DNA of 64,000 bases from Bigelowiella natans CCMP2755 (GCA_000320545.1 ADNK01002058.1:124001-188000); one strand, 5' to 3'; numbered from the stretch's first letter, positions 1 to 15,119 are shown. Translations and numbers: made by a program. Notes: generated by a model from the sequence alone, not told the origin.

Positions 1-87
1 AGATGAAGAAAAAAGCACTGAATGGCGAGATCGCGTCCATTGTAGCGTACATCACCTAATGAGCAAAATGAAGAACCAAAAACAATA

Positions 88-123
<36 letters not shown>

Positions 124-1700
124 AGATCTCCATCATTGGTACATCATCATCATCGTGATCATCATGACTACATCCTGTACTACTACTCTACTACTACTAC
201 TACCATTATTACTAGTACTACCCTTACTATTACTAGTACCGGGTCCCACGTAGTGAGCGTCATCACCCAAAACAAGGAATACGAAGCATCGAAGAAATTA
301 TCGAAGCTTATTGTGCCAAATCTGTGTGTTTATCATCAAGCGTGTTGCGCATATATCAGCATACCTCTCATTATCATTATCATCATCATCATTATCAACA
401 CAACACGATATGGATGGAAGATAAGGCGGGGGGATGTGGGGTCACACCTTGGATTTCCAAAGTCCTCCTCGCAAGTCGAATTACTGGGACATTGGAAGAA
501 ACCGAATCTAGTGAAATTAATGAGTGGATAAAGGAACCAATGACGAGAATCAATTAGCTTATACTCAATTCGTAGAAGAGTAATCAAAGAAACTAAAGTC
601 GGTCGATGACGCAATATTATATCAGTACAACTAACAGCACCCAGTCGAGTCGCAGGGACGGTCCTCCAAGCCTTCCACAATATTGCCAGAGAGCTTATCA
701 ACACATCTTCCATGCAAGCCGCCCATAAACAGCGACAAGGAGACGGATGTGGCGATCATGAAGAGGAATGCTAGGACTAAAAACACTTCCAAAGACTTTG
801 GTATGCTCATCAACAGCGTCTCTGTAAGTCGTCGCAGCTCTGGAAATCGCTGTAGTAAAGTACGTGTGTGTGTTGATTGGTTGGCTGTTGGCTGGATGAT
901 AAGTCGTCTATTTGTTCATCAATTCATCCATCATGTGCCATATGAAAGGAAAGTCTTCAAACGGTCTGCCATCATTATCATTATCATCATCATCATCATC
1001 AATCATTCCTATACACATACCCACACACCACCTGTATTGTTCTTAGCGGTCGTAACAGACGAAATGCCCTTAAGACAGAGAGGATTCGCGAACCTCCAGA
1101 AGCAAGTGAAATAAATCCATTAACCACGATTATAAAGTCCAGGATGTTCCAATAGCTGTAAAAGTAGCCAGCCTCCATGTAAGACTCCTTCTTGGAGGTC
1201 ACCAGCACGTCATCAGTGAACGTAATGCTGCTTCGAGGAGGATGATTGGAAGGTGAGGCGCCATCTTCATTGCCTTTCTCTTCATCTACAGTACTTTCTG
1301 CTGCTGCTACTCCTCCTCCTCCTTTCTTGTTCTTCGATAACTCGCTGCTAACATAGAGAAACACCAAGCAACGTAAATGACTGATGGAAAGTCAAAGAAA
1401 AAGTTGGGGGGGGGATGGTAGGATCTAACTACGAATCATACAGAGGACTGATTGATGCTTCATTTTGTATATTTGTATAATACTTAGTGTGTGTGTGTGT
1501 GTGTGTATCTTCAATTGACCGATGGCTAGGAGCAGCTGGAGCAGCATCATCTCCACCTTCCGACTGCAAGAGACATGGGGGGGGCATACCGCATCCCAGG
1601 CCAAATGCTATCATCTTCAATGCAGCCTGAAAAACGCATTAATGATGACAACGATATACATAATAATCACGATCGTTTTGACAATGAATATTTGTTTATA

Positions 1701-1750
<50 letters not shown>

Positions 1751-2134
1751 TTCTTATGAGAATGATGCGTATGACAACATTCGTGTATGGGGGGAGGGGG
1801 TGGCATGTATGCGTTGGTAAAATGATGATAGTATAGACAGCACCTCTAACCCAAAAAGGATGACGAAGAGGAGATCCAGTGTCACAATGGCTCTCTGAAT
1901 TAATAAAGTCAAGGAGTGAGTACAATTAAGAGCTCATCTTTCGAAGCATTATTGCCACAAAGAGTTGTAGGTAGTAGTTGTTGTTATTGTTGTTGTATTA
2001 CCGGCGTGCTAATTCTTGGATTCTGGATGGCTAAGGTCACGCAATTGCCGATGATCAACGCCTGGTAGTAGATGTATTAAGTAATTGTTGTGATTGCTAC
2101 TCTTGTATGTAGTCACCTTGCTATTATGATGATA

Positions 2135-2176
<42 letters not shown>

Positions 2177-2360
2177 GTGCGTGTGTGTATGTGTGTCGTG
2201 TGTGTACCATAATTGCCCAACGGAAGCCTTCAGTTAGTACGATCTGGCCATCATCATCATCATCATCGTTGTTCCCACAAAGAGAAATAATTTGCCAATG
2301 AAAAGCGTGGTGTTTTGGTAGTAGTTTTAGTATACTAAAAGCGGCTTGCACGATTCATCA
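1..2360 (-). CDS. Voltage-gated Ca2+/Na+-type cation channel, first 6TM domain; multi-exon, runs off the left edge, 5' end unresolved
   Basis: GT-AG exons spliced by hand give S1 ALIIGNCVTLAIQNP (~2003-2062), S2 TLDLLFVILFGLE/AALKMIAFG, S3-S4 YFYSYWNILDFIIVV...RILSVLRAFRLLRPLRTIQ (ORF 999..1367), S5 LEVFLVLAFLFMIATSVSLSLFMGGLHGRC, pore FDNFFDASYSLFWVMTLTTWDP (~240-322) and S6 start VMYATMDAISPFSAFFFI (1-55). Confidence 0.85.
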
Positions 2361-2469
2361 CAAAGCTAGCTCTGTCAATGAATGAATCAATATTTTGTTA
2401 CCTTAAACCGAATGAACCAGACAATCCTATTGTAGTAGATATGTATATAAATATGTATAAATATACATT

Positions 2470-2520
<51 letters not shown>

Positions 2521-4193
2521 TTTGTGCGTGTGTGAGCACAAGCGACGCACAAATTCTCAAGCTTATGATGGATTACCACGCACAAAAGTTGTTTTCAGGT
2601 GGGTCAGGCTCCAAAGGGAGGTTCTCAAACCATTTCTCATCAGGGATGTCTTGAAAGACCTGCGTAAATAATTAGATAACAGGATCAGTGGTGAAAGAGC
2701 CTGGACACACCGTTATTTTGCGATTGTGGGTGGTCCATGTTTGTTTTCTTCAGATTCTAATCGCTTCGCTATTACATCAGAGAGGTGATATTGTCGGTTT
2801 AGTCTTTTCTTGTTGTTCTCATCGGCAGTGTTTGCGCTGCGAAGGCTGTGATGATGCCTGTTGAATATTGCAAATCGCTTTCGGGAGATTTCGTCGTTTC
2901 TCAGATTTTCCTATAATGATGCAGCAACAAAATTTTCTCAGAAATCCATTCTTCTTCCTCATCATTTCACTCCGAAATCTGTTACCAGGCGCTGCTTTCC
3001 TTCAATGTAGTGGTGGGCGGCGATCTGAACATGCCGATTGCCGTGCATAGCACTCAAGACTAACCAGCTCTCCTCAGCAACTCACTACAGATTCTCTGTT
3101 TCATCTATCTGCCTCGATTTTGTGCTCCTCCTTCACCGAAGAGGAGCACTAAATATTCTGTGCATTTGCCTGTGTGGAAAGCAAACGGCCATGAATGTGT
3201 TCGATCTTGCCGAAATTGGCCAGATACGCATGTCTCCCTCTTCATTCCCAGGCGATCTTGGTACCTAATCAAAATGTCCGACCAGTATCGAGTCGCAGGT
3301 GTGGAAAGGACTTGCATTGTATGCCGTTTGCAGCTTTAAACATGTATTGGCGTATTTGGCACATGCTTATGTCGCAGGATAAGAACGGCTTGTTATTTCT
3401 TCTTTTCTCGTGGAATTTTGTGAGAAGCATCACACGGCCGGAGTCGAATGGAGGAGACACACATCGGAACCTTACTCGGAACTCACTCGTCACTACCGCG
3501 AGGAAGACTCAGGATACGACTGCTGCGATTAACACTAACAATTCAACAGCCCTCCCATTTTTGACCAACAATCGTGTCTCATTGGTCGCTAGATTCTTAG
3601 TTTTTTGGTGGGCTCGGTCCCAAAGCATCACATGAAGCAGCTGTGCGCTATCCTGCAATCGAAGATTACTTCATCATCATTCCTGGCCTAAAAATGAGTG
3701 TTTGGATGGAAAATTCTAATGTTGAAACATGGTTGATGTTTGTACCAGGATTGTTGCTCAAAAAAGAAGATTCGAAGAGATCGATCCGAAGACGACGTAA
3801 GTTGCACAAATTGATATGGTGCCACATCCTCCTTTCTTGCATTCCATGATTGCTTCTCACGATGTACGTGCATGTCATCCTATTTTCTTTACAGTCAAAA
3901 GACAAAATAAGCCTACTTAAGATGAAAATATATTCGAACAATCATGCAAGTGCGCTGGGAATGATGTATAATTATGCTGTAGGTGGAGATGGAACAATGA
4001 CCACATTTCTCAACTTTGTCAAAGTTGTTGACTCACCACGGTATGATCAGCCTCTATTAGGCACAAGGAACAGAATTACATGTTGCTGATGCTGTTTACA
4101 ATCGTCTGTGATCGTTCGACCTTGTTCTCCACATCTGCAAATCTAGCCATAAGGGGATTATGCATGCACGTTTACATGACAAGATTTTCTACC

Positions 4194-4791
4194 ATGGTGC
4201 CATCGATACTCAGCTGTGCCCATGGGCCTATGCTCCTTTTCAATAAGATCACTATCTTCCTCGGGGAGGGAGGTGACAGCAGAGGATCTAAGGAGAGTAA
4301 AAGGATAGAAAAGCACTTGTTCTATGGCTGCTCAGTTAACCGCAGCGATTTGACTGAAGCCAAAGAGACTTCCTCATCATCATATAACTGTACCAGCGGA
4401 ATTCAAAATAGAATCACTGACGGCGCTCAGGAACGACGGAATGATCCTATCCACTACTTCATGAAACTTGCTGCAAATCGAAGGGCTGCTTATTGTCATA
4501 CCTGTGAGGTATCATCATCTCTAATCACCAGTAACATAAAAATGATGGTCAATCACCTCATTATCACCGTCATTCAGGATCTTTTCGATTCTTCTCTGGA
4601 GAAATGTAGCAACGCTCATTTATCACATGAAGCATCATTCAATTTGACAAAGGACCAATTGTTGAGACCTTTTCGGTGCCTCACCCTCACCCCACATAAC
4701 TATTTATGAATTTAGCAATAAGGGAGACTTGTAGTCAATAAATTGTTTGAAGTGCAAACGTTGCTTGTAGAAAATACTCTGTGCTACTAGT

Positions 4792-4824
<33 letters not shown>

Positions 4825-7057
4825 GATACTAATACGACCGGCTATAAGTCCAATTTCGCAGCAGCTTGTGAGCATCCTGAGTTCTGCTAAGATAATTAGA
4901 ACTATTGCTACGTCAGAGTAGGCTATTCTACGATATATTCTGTTGAATAGGGTGGTAATGAGAGAGGCATATCAAAACTCTAGCCCCTCTCGTTTTCTCC
5001 TCTTTGGCCCTCCATCATCAATTGCTGTGTTGTGTTTGAATCCTCTTCTTGTTTCATCAGATCGAAGCTTCTCGGTCCTAAAACTGACTCACGAACAAAC
5101 GCTCAATTTCTCTACGACGGTCGCCACTTGCTTGTGGTGTACTACTACATATGTGCATATGCATGGATGCTCGATACTTTGTCAAACCACTCTTTCAGTG
5201 GGGAGAACAGAACTTTGATTCTTAGAAGTCTTTTTTTCTTTTCATTGCATTGTGTACATCGTCGTATCATCACCACCCTCATCATCGTTGTACAGAGGCT
5301 AGCATTCGCTACATTCTCAAGGCGCTGGAGAGTGTAAATGCCTCCAACATTGTGTGTCTTGGCACCCCCTCCCTGCATGAAGCCATACAGGAGGAACAGG
5401 AGGTGTGAAAATAACATCAAAGGAGGGGGGGGGTACATACAATTCTGTAAGAAGAACAAGATTTTGGATGGCAAAAGGGGGGGGGAAGGACATACGGACC
5501 CCATCGTTGTATTCATACGCATCTTCCTCTTTTCATAGACTTTTGTTGTTCTCTCTCTCTCTCTCTTTCCCATTCCTTTTTCTTCTGATCAGAGGCGTTC
5601 TATGCATACCAAGCACCATCGGCTTTTGGGAGAGGACCCGCAAAGGTAATGCATTATCTGGAGGCGAATGTCTTGATAGTAATATTGGAATGAGTGGTGG
5701 TTTGTACTGGTGATTTGAAATAGAAAGCAGCGGGCCCGAAGAAGCTTACTCCTTGATATCGATCATCGACTGCCACAGTTCTATCCTGACCAATCGTGCT
5801 TTCGCTTCAATATGATTAATGGCCATTTCCTCTCCTCCTCTGCTCAATTAAGCATGGATGAGGGAGACTTAAAAGTAGTTACATATCTGCAGTAATAAGG
5901 ACTGGCGTTGAATCAAAACTCAGTTCATTTTTCTCTTATATCATTATCACTATTAGTGGTTATCGATGCTACCTGCTGATATTACCCCCCCACGATAACC
6001 ACGGCCATCAAAACAAACACAATTTCTATGATATAAAGCAGAATCAAAGACCACCATGACAGCTGCAGCAACTTACTGAAACCTTTGTCAACAGAAGAAC
6101 ATGAAGAAGAAGAAGAAGAAGAAGAAGAAGAAGAGGAAGACAACGAAAGAGGATAGACCGAACGAGACAGCCACTTCTCCATGGATCTCTCCTGCTGATG
6201 CTACTGCTGCCATGCATTTCATTCGCAACTGTGATGCAATCGTTTGTGACCCCCCATACGGTACACGCACGGACATCCCATATGATGATAATTTCGACTT
6301 CGCAAAACCCCGCAGTATTTCAATGCTGTTGTTGCTGGTGCTAGTGTGATTCCTCGTTACTATTAAAGTGATAAAGTAGTATGATGACATAAGGTGCTCT
6401 ACTGGATCCCTTGGCAAAAACCATCACAGCTCTCATGCGTAACGGTATAACTTCCCAACATGGTGAATGGTGATGATATCATGTATACTCGATGATTCTC
6501 TTACATAACATAGTTAGAGAAGGTAACAGACTGATGATAGACCCATTTTCCCCTTATGAGCACGTGTTTGCTGTACTTTCCTTCATGAGGATGCAAAGGA
6601 ATGTGGAGAGGACTATTCTTGCGATCTTGTCAAGGAAGCATTTCCTACTGATATCTCTCTCTCACTTACCATTCTTGTCCATCAGCGAGAGGGCGGTGTC
6701 ATCATCATATGGATGGCGCAAAGAAGGACAAGGAGGAGGGAGAGGAGGAAAATAGCAAGCATTCAAAGAATTATCGAGAAAATCATCGGTGCCGACAGAA
6801 GGTTGCAGTATTTGTCGCTTTGCCTTACTTCCTCGAAGAAAAAGCCTCAGAATCGATGCCGTGGCTACACATAACGGATTTTGAAATTGGATACACCAAC
6901 CATAGAAGGTGAGTGATTTGTGCTATTATTCTCCAACAATTCGGTCTGTGTGTGTACCATCATTATTACCTAGTTACTATTATTATCATTAGAACGTAAC
7001 CTATCTTCGTCATCTGCTTTCTATCTGCCATTTCCGCTACGATGAACGACGGCGAGA

Positions 7058-7089
<32 letters not shown>

Positions 7090-7728
7090 CCCCCATCATC
7101 ATCAACATCATCATCATCATTATTATAGGTTCCGCAATCCTGCTGAGAAAGGTAGCAAGCTTCGTTACCGTGGGTCTGCTGCGCGATTGTTCACAAACAC
7201 AAACCTTACGGAGTTGCCAATGCCGGACAACAAAGAAGGGGGGGGGGGCAGAGGAGGAGGAGGAGGAGGAGGAGGAGGAGGAGCTCGATACAAACACTGT
7301 AAATTATGCAGAAGGTATGTTATGTACGGCGAGTGTGAATGTGAAGTCCTTTGAAATGAGTGGAAGAATACATCAGGTTCGTGCTTAGTAGCAACAGGCA
7401 CTGTATGGAATGTGGGTTCTGCTCCAGCAAAGATGGTCGCACGTATCACCACTGCTACGAATGCGGTAGCTCGCCACCAATTCCAACGCACAACAAATAC
7501 ACAAACACACACACACACACGCGCGCGCGCGCGTGCGTATATTTATTCTGACACTTGTCTACATGTCCTGACTCATAATTGTCACATGATGAGTTATAAC
7601 TGTATAGTCTCTCTCTAAATATATGAGACGGATGTAATGAAATATTTAAATTTTTTCAATGGTCATCCTAATGTAAATATGAGACGGATGTAATGAAGAA
7701 TTAAATTTTTTCAATGGTCATCCTAATG

Positions 7729-7771
<43 letters not shown>

Positions 7772-7920
7772 GTATGTGCGAATGAATGCGTACACATATG
7801 CACATAAAATCTTTATTCATAGGGATCTGTGTGAAACCGGATCGATCTCACTGCAAAAGGTGCGGAAAGTGCACGACTTTTGCGCATGTGTGCATAAGAA
7901 ACAACAGTAGGATAAAATGA
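4194..7920 (+). CDS. ZCCHC4: rRNA N6-adenosine methyltransferase ZCCHC4-like, multi-exon
   Basis: Motifs in expected order: GRF-like finger CAHGPMLLF...FYGCS, TNAQFLY, LLLDIDHR, catalytic DPPY (AIVCDPPYG ~6237-6262), LPYFLE, DFEIGYTNH, and a Cys/His C-terminus YKHCKLCRRFV..NRHCMECGFCSSKDGRTYHHCYEC / ICVKPDRSHCKRCGKC..HVC. Stop TGA at 7918-7920. Start ATG inferred. Confidence 0.88.
7621..7731. repeat. Two tandem ~55-bp copies in the last ZCCHC4 intron; member of a dispersed family also at ~8095-8185, 50750-51280 and ~54760-54865
   Basis: atatgagacggatgtaatgaa...aaattttttcaatggtcatcctaatgtaa occurs twice; its reverse complement matches the units at 51.0-51.3 kb. Confidence 0.8.
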
Positions 7921-8455
7921 GGAATGAAGAAGCTTACGTATTTGTGTACAAAATCAAGCACAGTGATATCAAGTCGCTACTGTCTTTTACATCGCTACCT
8001 AACTAGCCTATGTTTAACTGAAGCTAACACTTGCATTGCATAGATGAGTGCTGGTTCAAAATATGCGATATACTTGTTATACGAGCTATGTAAGCGATGT
8101 AATGAAACAATTACATTCTTTGAATCGTCATCCTAATGATGTAGCTGCTGCAAAGCTCTCGATAAAGCTGCGGCTTCAGCGCTGATGCAAACACGTATAT
8201 GGTAGTAAGCAGCACAATATTCATGCGGGCGACGGACATCACAGTATCGATAAACTAAATGCATGTTAACATCGCATAGCTGAAGAGGCCAACAGGCAGC
8301 AGTCGCCAGCACACATGGCTACGTAGGTCGCTCCCCTAGGAAGCATATGTAGCATTGTACGGCATAAGGTACGTCCATCATGATCACATAAAAGCACTGA
8401 TCGATTCCCGTCACATTCAATTTGCAATTCTTCGGTTTTTTGATCGCGAGATCAT

Positions 8456-9171
8456 CTAGCTTCTCATCTCACCTTTTAGAAATGGTGAATAACCCTCGGT
8501 AGTAGGCTGGGCTAGGCCATAGAAGCTTGCCATGGTACTAAAGTCGAGCAATTCCCCACGAAGAGACTGTGCTGATGAGGAAGTGACCCGTGTAAGAACG
8601 TAGTCACCACGAGAGGGATGTGCTCGGGACGAAGAGGAAGATGCCTGATTGTCACGTAGAGCTTTGCTAGGAAATATAATTTTTTTGTTGTTGCAGCTCC
8701 TTCCCACCAACTCGGCTTGATTCTTCTTGCTCGGTCCTTCGACGAGGACAAGATGTAGCTTTCCAATCTCGCTTAGATTTTTCTTTTCCGACTCGTCGTA
8801 AAAGGTGCTGATGACCTCGGACAGTCTGCGTGACTTCACCTTCTCTGGAACGTCATCCTCGTAGTTACGATGAGCGTGTGTGCGCTCCCTTGTGGAGTAT
8901 TTAAACATGAACGCCTGGTCATAAACTACCTCGCGCATGAGTGACAATGTGTCCTCATGCTGCTGCTCTGTTTCGCCGCAGAATCCCACGATTATATCCG
9001 TGGATCTGCGAAGAAAGAAGAGTCGATTAGCAACACTAATGATAGCATCAAAGAGGAGATATGTATGGGAGCAGGCAGCCTACTATATGTGGATGATAAT
9101 TGGGTTCGCATCATCCTTAGTGTGCACAATCTCTACGTTTTAGACAAAGAGAGATAGCTAGGTAGATAGAT

Positions 9172-9213
<42 letters not shown>

Positions 9214-11065
9214 TACTTGGAGGATAATTTCCCCTCTCCGTTACTATCTATCCAGCACTCACTCACAGTGTCAGGTCAGGTATGGCGTTCCTCATTTTCT
9301 CCACTAAGCGAAGGTAAGCTTCCCGAGTATAGCCGCGCCTCATTCTATCGAGGACTTCGGAGCTGCCACTCTGCGCGGGCAAGTGCACGTAGCTGCACAC
9401 ATTATGGCGCTCTCCGATGAGATGGACGAGGTCATCAGGAAAGTCTTTAGGGTGGGGGCTGGTGAAACGCACCCTGAGCTCAGGGTCAACCATTGACACA
9501 GCATCGACAAGAGCAGTAAAGTCCACGCCCTCGCTTGAGATCTAATAATAGTTCAATCAATTCATTCAATTGTGAATGTGCTTAGCAATAGCAGTGATGG
9601 AGGTTTTCGTTATTTGTGAAGCATCATCATCATCATCATCACCACCACCATCACCATCCATATCTATATCTATGGTGTACCATTGGCTTTGCTATGTTCA
9701 TGAAATCCTCCGTCTTAGCATCACGTGTCTTGGCGTACATGCGCTCTCCCTTAAGATAGTTGTAGCTATTGACGTTTTGTCCCAAAAGGGTGACCTCTTT
9801 ACACCCTGAATCTCTCAATCGCCTGACCTCATCCACGATTGTCTGTGCCTCCCTGCTTCTCTCTCTGCCCCTCGTGAACGGTACGATGCAGTAAGAGCAC
9901 ATATTGTTACAACCCCGCATAATGGACACGAAGGCCTTCAGAGAGTCTACACCAGCATTGCGGACAGGAGAGATATCAGCGTAAGTCTCATCAACAGAGA
10001 GAACGACATTAACGGCCTTGTTGCTGTTCGTGTGGTCTTCTTCTTCTTCCTCGTTGGCAGAGCTACGCAGCACCTGAGTAAGCAGGTTTGGGAGGTCTCT
10101 GTATGCGTCCGGTCCAACGACAAGATCGACCCCTTTCTCAGCCTCGAGCAGCTTAGTCTTAAGGCGCTCAGCCATGCAACCCAAAATGCCTATCGTCGTT
10201 CCAGTAGGTGTTTTGGATCTGTCCCCAGGAAGGCCATTCTCTGCACGGGAATCTAATATCTTCCCCGTTCTTTTAGTTGCATGAAATTGTTCACGCTTCT
10301 TACGAATGCTGTTGTAGAAGTTGAGGCGTTCCCACACCTTCCTCTCTGCATTATCTCTGACACTGCATGTGTTGACGAGAAGGACGTCTGCCTCCTTCAT
10401 ATCGGAGGTTTGGCTCATACCCGCTTTCATTAGAATCTGTGACGACGAGATTAATCAAAATACAAATAAGCGTATGTTTACACATACACGCACACACACG
10501 CACGCACACACACCACCATAGTTACTCGTAAGCTCCTAGTATGTTTCTCGATTTAGCTAGCTAGTTCGGCCCATATTTGTCGATCAGCGACTGGTTTTTC
10601 TCGTCAAAGATACAAATTTGTATCTCAAGGAGTTTACTCATTTTGTCAAACATCATCTCAAAATATTATCCGGGCGAGATTGTACAGCAGTATTATTGAC
10701 GAATAGACGGATTGCACCGAATACTTCGTTTTCTTTGCCTAAATTGATCTCACCGAGTTCACGATTTCTGAATCCGATACATTCATTTGGCATCCCATTG
10801 TCTCAACGTAGAAACTCAAAGGTCTTCGCGTGTCGGCATGGCCAAAGCTAAAATCGTACGAGGGTGCTGGATCCGTCTGACTCTCATCGATTCCTGACAC
10901 CCCCCCCTCGGGTCGCATAAAATCGGCTAGTTTCTTGCCGTCATTTGGAACAGAGCTCATATTATAATGCTGGAGTTGGCACGGCCTGGTCCATCGCCGC
11001 GTCCTCTTTAGCCCTCTGCAGCTGTTGCGCCACAGAGACGACACCACCCCTACTTTCGCGGCCAT
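8456..11065 (-). CDS. CDK5RAP1: Mitochondrial tRNA methylthiotransferase (MiaB/CDK5RAP1), about 4 exons
   Basis: UPF0004 motifs [25 protein letters not shown] and GCMAERLK; radical-SAM CNNMCSYC; [10 protein letters not shown]; HLPAQSGS; GFCGETE; C-terminal TRAM domain; basic Ser/Arg-rich N-terminus. Confidence 0.95.
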
Positions 11066-11498
11066 TGGAATTGCTACGCAAGTAGTAATTCACCTGTTCT
11101 GTTCCCAGTTTATGATCAAAATACTAGGATGTTTTGCTTTACTTTGGATGCAAATTCTCAGAAAAGTAATGATGATAAAAATAGGAGAACAGAGAGGAGA
11201 CTTGTACTTCTTCCTCTTTCTACCTAATTCTTCCTATTTTTTTGACACAAATAGTAAAATCAGCCTGGCAAATTTCTTCCGTGAAATCCCCAATAAAGCA
11301 CAACAGAAGGCGAGAGAAGATAATTGTATGAAAATCTCCTTGAATTTTTATCTACGACATAGAAATGCGATGTAAATTGTGATAAGTTTCGCACATCAAA
11401 GGATTGCTCCTCCTCCCCAAACGTCGATCAGATCATTAACGGTACGGTCGTAGGAGTAGCCAAACCAAACCAACCCTCTCCCCTCCTCTTCTTCGACG

Positions 11499-12649
11499 AT
11501 GTCGATGGATGGTTTCTTGAGAAAGGCGAAGGACTGTATTCAAAAATGTAACGGAAAGCAGGTATTATTTTCCTTGTCATAAGTGTTAGACCAGATGGCG
11601 CGAGTTGGACATGTATATGGACGAATCTTAAGCATATGAATTGTTAAATTGATACGATGCTTCATCATAATATTCATCAATCCCAATTCATTTGAGGTTA
11701 TATCGTCTCATGGCGTATTGTGTGTTGTTTCAGGCAGCAGCATTCCTGAAATTAGGCGATAAAGTGCCTTCGCATGTTACCAATGTCGTGCTAAAGGCGG
11801 CTTTGAACACACACCGCGTTCAAATGCACGTGAATAACGTAAACTTATTTTTATATCTCACATCGTCGCACGTAACAGGACAGTGTTGTGCATTTGTTAT
11901 GATTGCTTAGCTTTTGAGTGGCAAATGGGCAGAGATCGTCTCATCGCACATAATATCGAAAGCTTACTATAACAACGGAAAGCCTGGGGAAGCTTTTAAA
12001 TGGGTAGATATATTCTGTCCACGTACAAACAAAAGAACCCGCAGTAGTACCAACGTCATCAACATAAAGACGACGATGAAGCTAGAGCCGGAAAGATAAT
12101 AAGAATATAACCTTCATTAAATTTACTACATGATCCTCCCCAATGAGAAAATATTAACGGATGCTGCCGTCTTTTTTTTTTAAAACACGTTTTTTTTAGG
12201 CAAAGAAAGCAGGCGAAGCTTGCGAGGAGATAATGGCTAAGGTAAATAGCGACACTTATTTACCCGATAATATGTTTCACCTTCTTTGTAACAAGATGTA
12301 CACTACTACTACTACTACTACTACTACTCAAACAGTCTGCCAGCAGTTACGATGAAGAAGGAATACCTCCGTAAGAACAATGATGATGAGATTATCATGA
12401 TATACATCTAACGATCATAATTTAATCGTGCACGACATCGACTGTTACACGGCATAATTCCAAATAACTTTAACGGTGACAAATATATGACATCTTTAGT
12501 GCCTCATCGTCATTGAGTATACTCTTCCTCTGTCTTTCTTCTTTAAATCACCCTTAGAAACTGGTATCTTCCGATTGTGGACTGCGTGGTACTCTGCCCT
12601 TACTCTTCTACGATTTCCGCATTTATATTTGTAAATGTGTATGCTTCTG

Positions 12650-12693
<44 letters not shown>

Positions 12694-12871
12694 GGATGGT
12701 AACAAAATGCCGTGTTATGTTGCTGGACAACCTTCAGTTAAACAACTTGCGGAAGATTGCATACGATAGCGATAAAGAGGTGACTGGCTATAGGCTTTTG
12801 AGTAGTAGTAGAAGTAGTATCAGAAGTTAAAACCTCATACAGGACCACGAAATATGATATATGTATATATA

Positions 12872-12922
<51 letters not shown>

Positions 12923-12927
12923 TATAA

Positions 12928-12968
<41 letters not shown>

Positions 12969-13404
12969 CAAAATACCTCGTTCATCATGCATGCATGCGT
13001 GTCATCATCATCATCTTCATCATCATCGTTGCCATCACAGACGGCTGGAGGCAAAAATCAACGAGAAGCTTACGACTTAATCCGGTGAGTCAGAGCTTGA
13101 AAGCAATCAGATAAGAATACGACAGAAAGGGGCCGGGGGAAGACGAAGGGTGGAACAACGCACACAAACACAAACACACACACACACACACACAAGTGTG
13201 ATTTAGCCTAATCGTAGAAAGAGAATGATGGTGATATGTATCATTGCTTTTTGTAATCCCCTCCTCCCCATTCCCAGAGCTTTCTTAAATCTCTGCAACC
13301 AGAAGGAAAAGGCTGTTGGCGCGGTGATAACTACTAACTTCTGTGCCGTGTATCAATACAACACACGTATTGCTGCTGCCTTCTCTCTCTCTCTCTCTCT
13401 CTCG

Positions 13405-13483
<79 letters not shown>

Positions 13484-13623
13484 GGAGAGAGAGAGAGAGA
13501 GAGAGAGAGAATACTCATCACAATTATGTTTTTGTTGTTGTTGTTATTGTTGTTTGATCCTCACCAGAGATCTAAGAAGATGGGAACTCTATTCATCGTA
13601 GGACCAACAACCACCACTGACAA

Positions 13624-13668
<45 letters not shown>

Positions 13669-13929
13669 TTACCATGTAGCATGCTGTTGTGATAAATGGT
13701 GTGACTACTAGTACTCATACTACTACTACTACTACTTCTATGTAAGGTCAACCATCTGTTCAAACTGGCAATCCGCATAAATCTGCTACGAGGCACTGCG
13801 TTGGTACCTGCTGCATGCCTCGCTTATCGTTATTATTACCATGATATTCACTTAGCTGCTGCTGCTGCTGCCTATACTGGGAAAGGAGCGTGTGTGTGTG
13901 TGTGAAGATAATGGTGGCATAGACTCTTT

Positions 13930-13962
<33 letters not shown>

Positions 13963-14233
13963 TTTATGATTCTTTTGATACTATATTTATTTGCTGTTGT
14001 TTCTGCTGCTTCCTCGCCCTCCTCTACTACTACTACTATTACTATCATCATCATCGTCATCATCATCGTCGTTATTAGTTCATAAGGAGTGTGGATAATC
14101 CCCACTTCCCGTCCTTCGATTTGTTCGCCAAGTCAGTGCCATTGCTAATACTGCTGCTCTGCATATATGTCGTGATATGTAGTATCGCTAGTAGTATTAG
14201 TACTAGTACTACAACTAGTTGAGTAGTATTGAT

Positions 14234-14268
<35 letters not shown>

Positions 14269-15082
14269 AATGCATTTATCTGTTAATAATAATACTCTGT
14301 GTGTGCAGATCGCAGACTGTGACTTACAACTACTATAAAGGCCGCCTAAATGTGAGTGAGTATTTAGAAGAGGAAGATTCAGAAGAACGCGAAAGAATAG
14401 AATATCCATCATAAGTTGACGACCACCGAACATTACTGTATTGTATGGACTGTCAGATGATGGAGGAGAATTACACAGAAGCTGAAACATGCCTCGACTA
14501 CGCTCTCAAGTAATTCGTTGTTCTATTAATACAAGAGATATCTGAAATCATTCTTTACAACCGCCTTCATCAACAACATCATCTTCAATCGTTAAGTCGC
14601 AATCGTCTCCTCAGGCATTGTCACAAGGGTTCGGTGGGTAACAAAACGCGAGTGCTGCAGGTAGTAGTGCTGCTAGTTTTATATACGCTTGATTGCAGTA
14701 ATACATAGTGCTGATGATAATTATGATACCCATTACAATAATATAAATCATCGTCGTGTTATTATAACCATTAGTTCTTAATACCCCTCAAGTTGCTCAA
14801 GAAGTAAGCAAACCATAGTCGTGATGAAGGATAGGATTATCATCCACAACAAAGAATACTACTCATTATCATCATCATTTTGGATGTAGTACTGTACCCA
14901 TCGATGCGGCATGAAAGAATTAAAACGACCGCATGCACACGCCATACATCGTTGTATTTGTATTTAAACAACGTACATGAGGTGTGATGACCATCGTGCA
15001 TCCATCACTTAGTCAAGCCCCGCATAAAGATTTGTTTTCAAAGTACCCTCTCCAGCAGTATGAGGTCGGTAGTATTATGATA

Positions 15083-15119
<37 letters not shown>

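Noticed and set aside
3975-4075. GGDGT motif suggesting a diacylglycerol kinase
   Set aside because: Isolated match with no supporting domain in a spliceable frame.
7621-7731. Tandem repeats here and at 50.9-51.3 and 53.3 kb as a CRISPR-like array
   Set aside because: No constant repeat with unique equal-length spacers, no cas genes, and a eukaryotic context.
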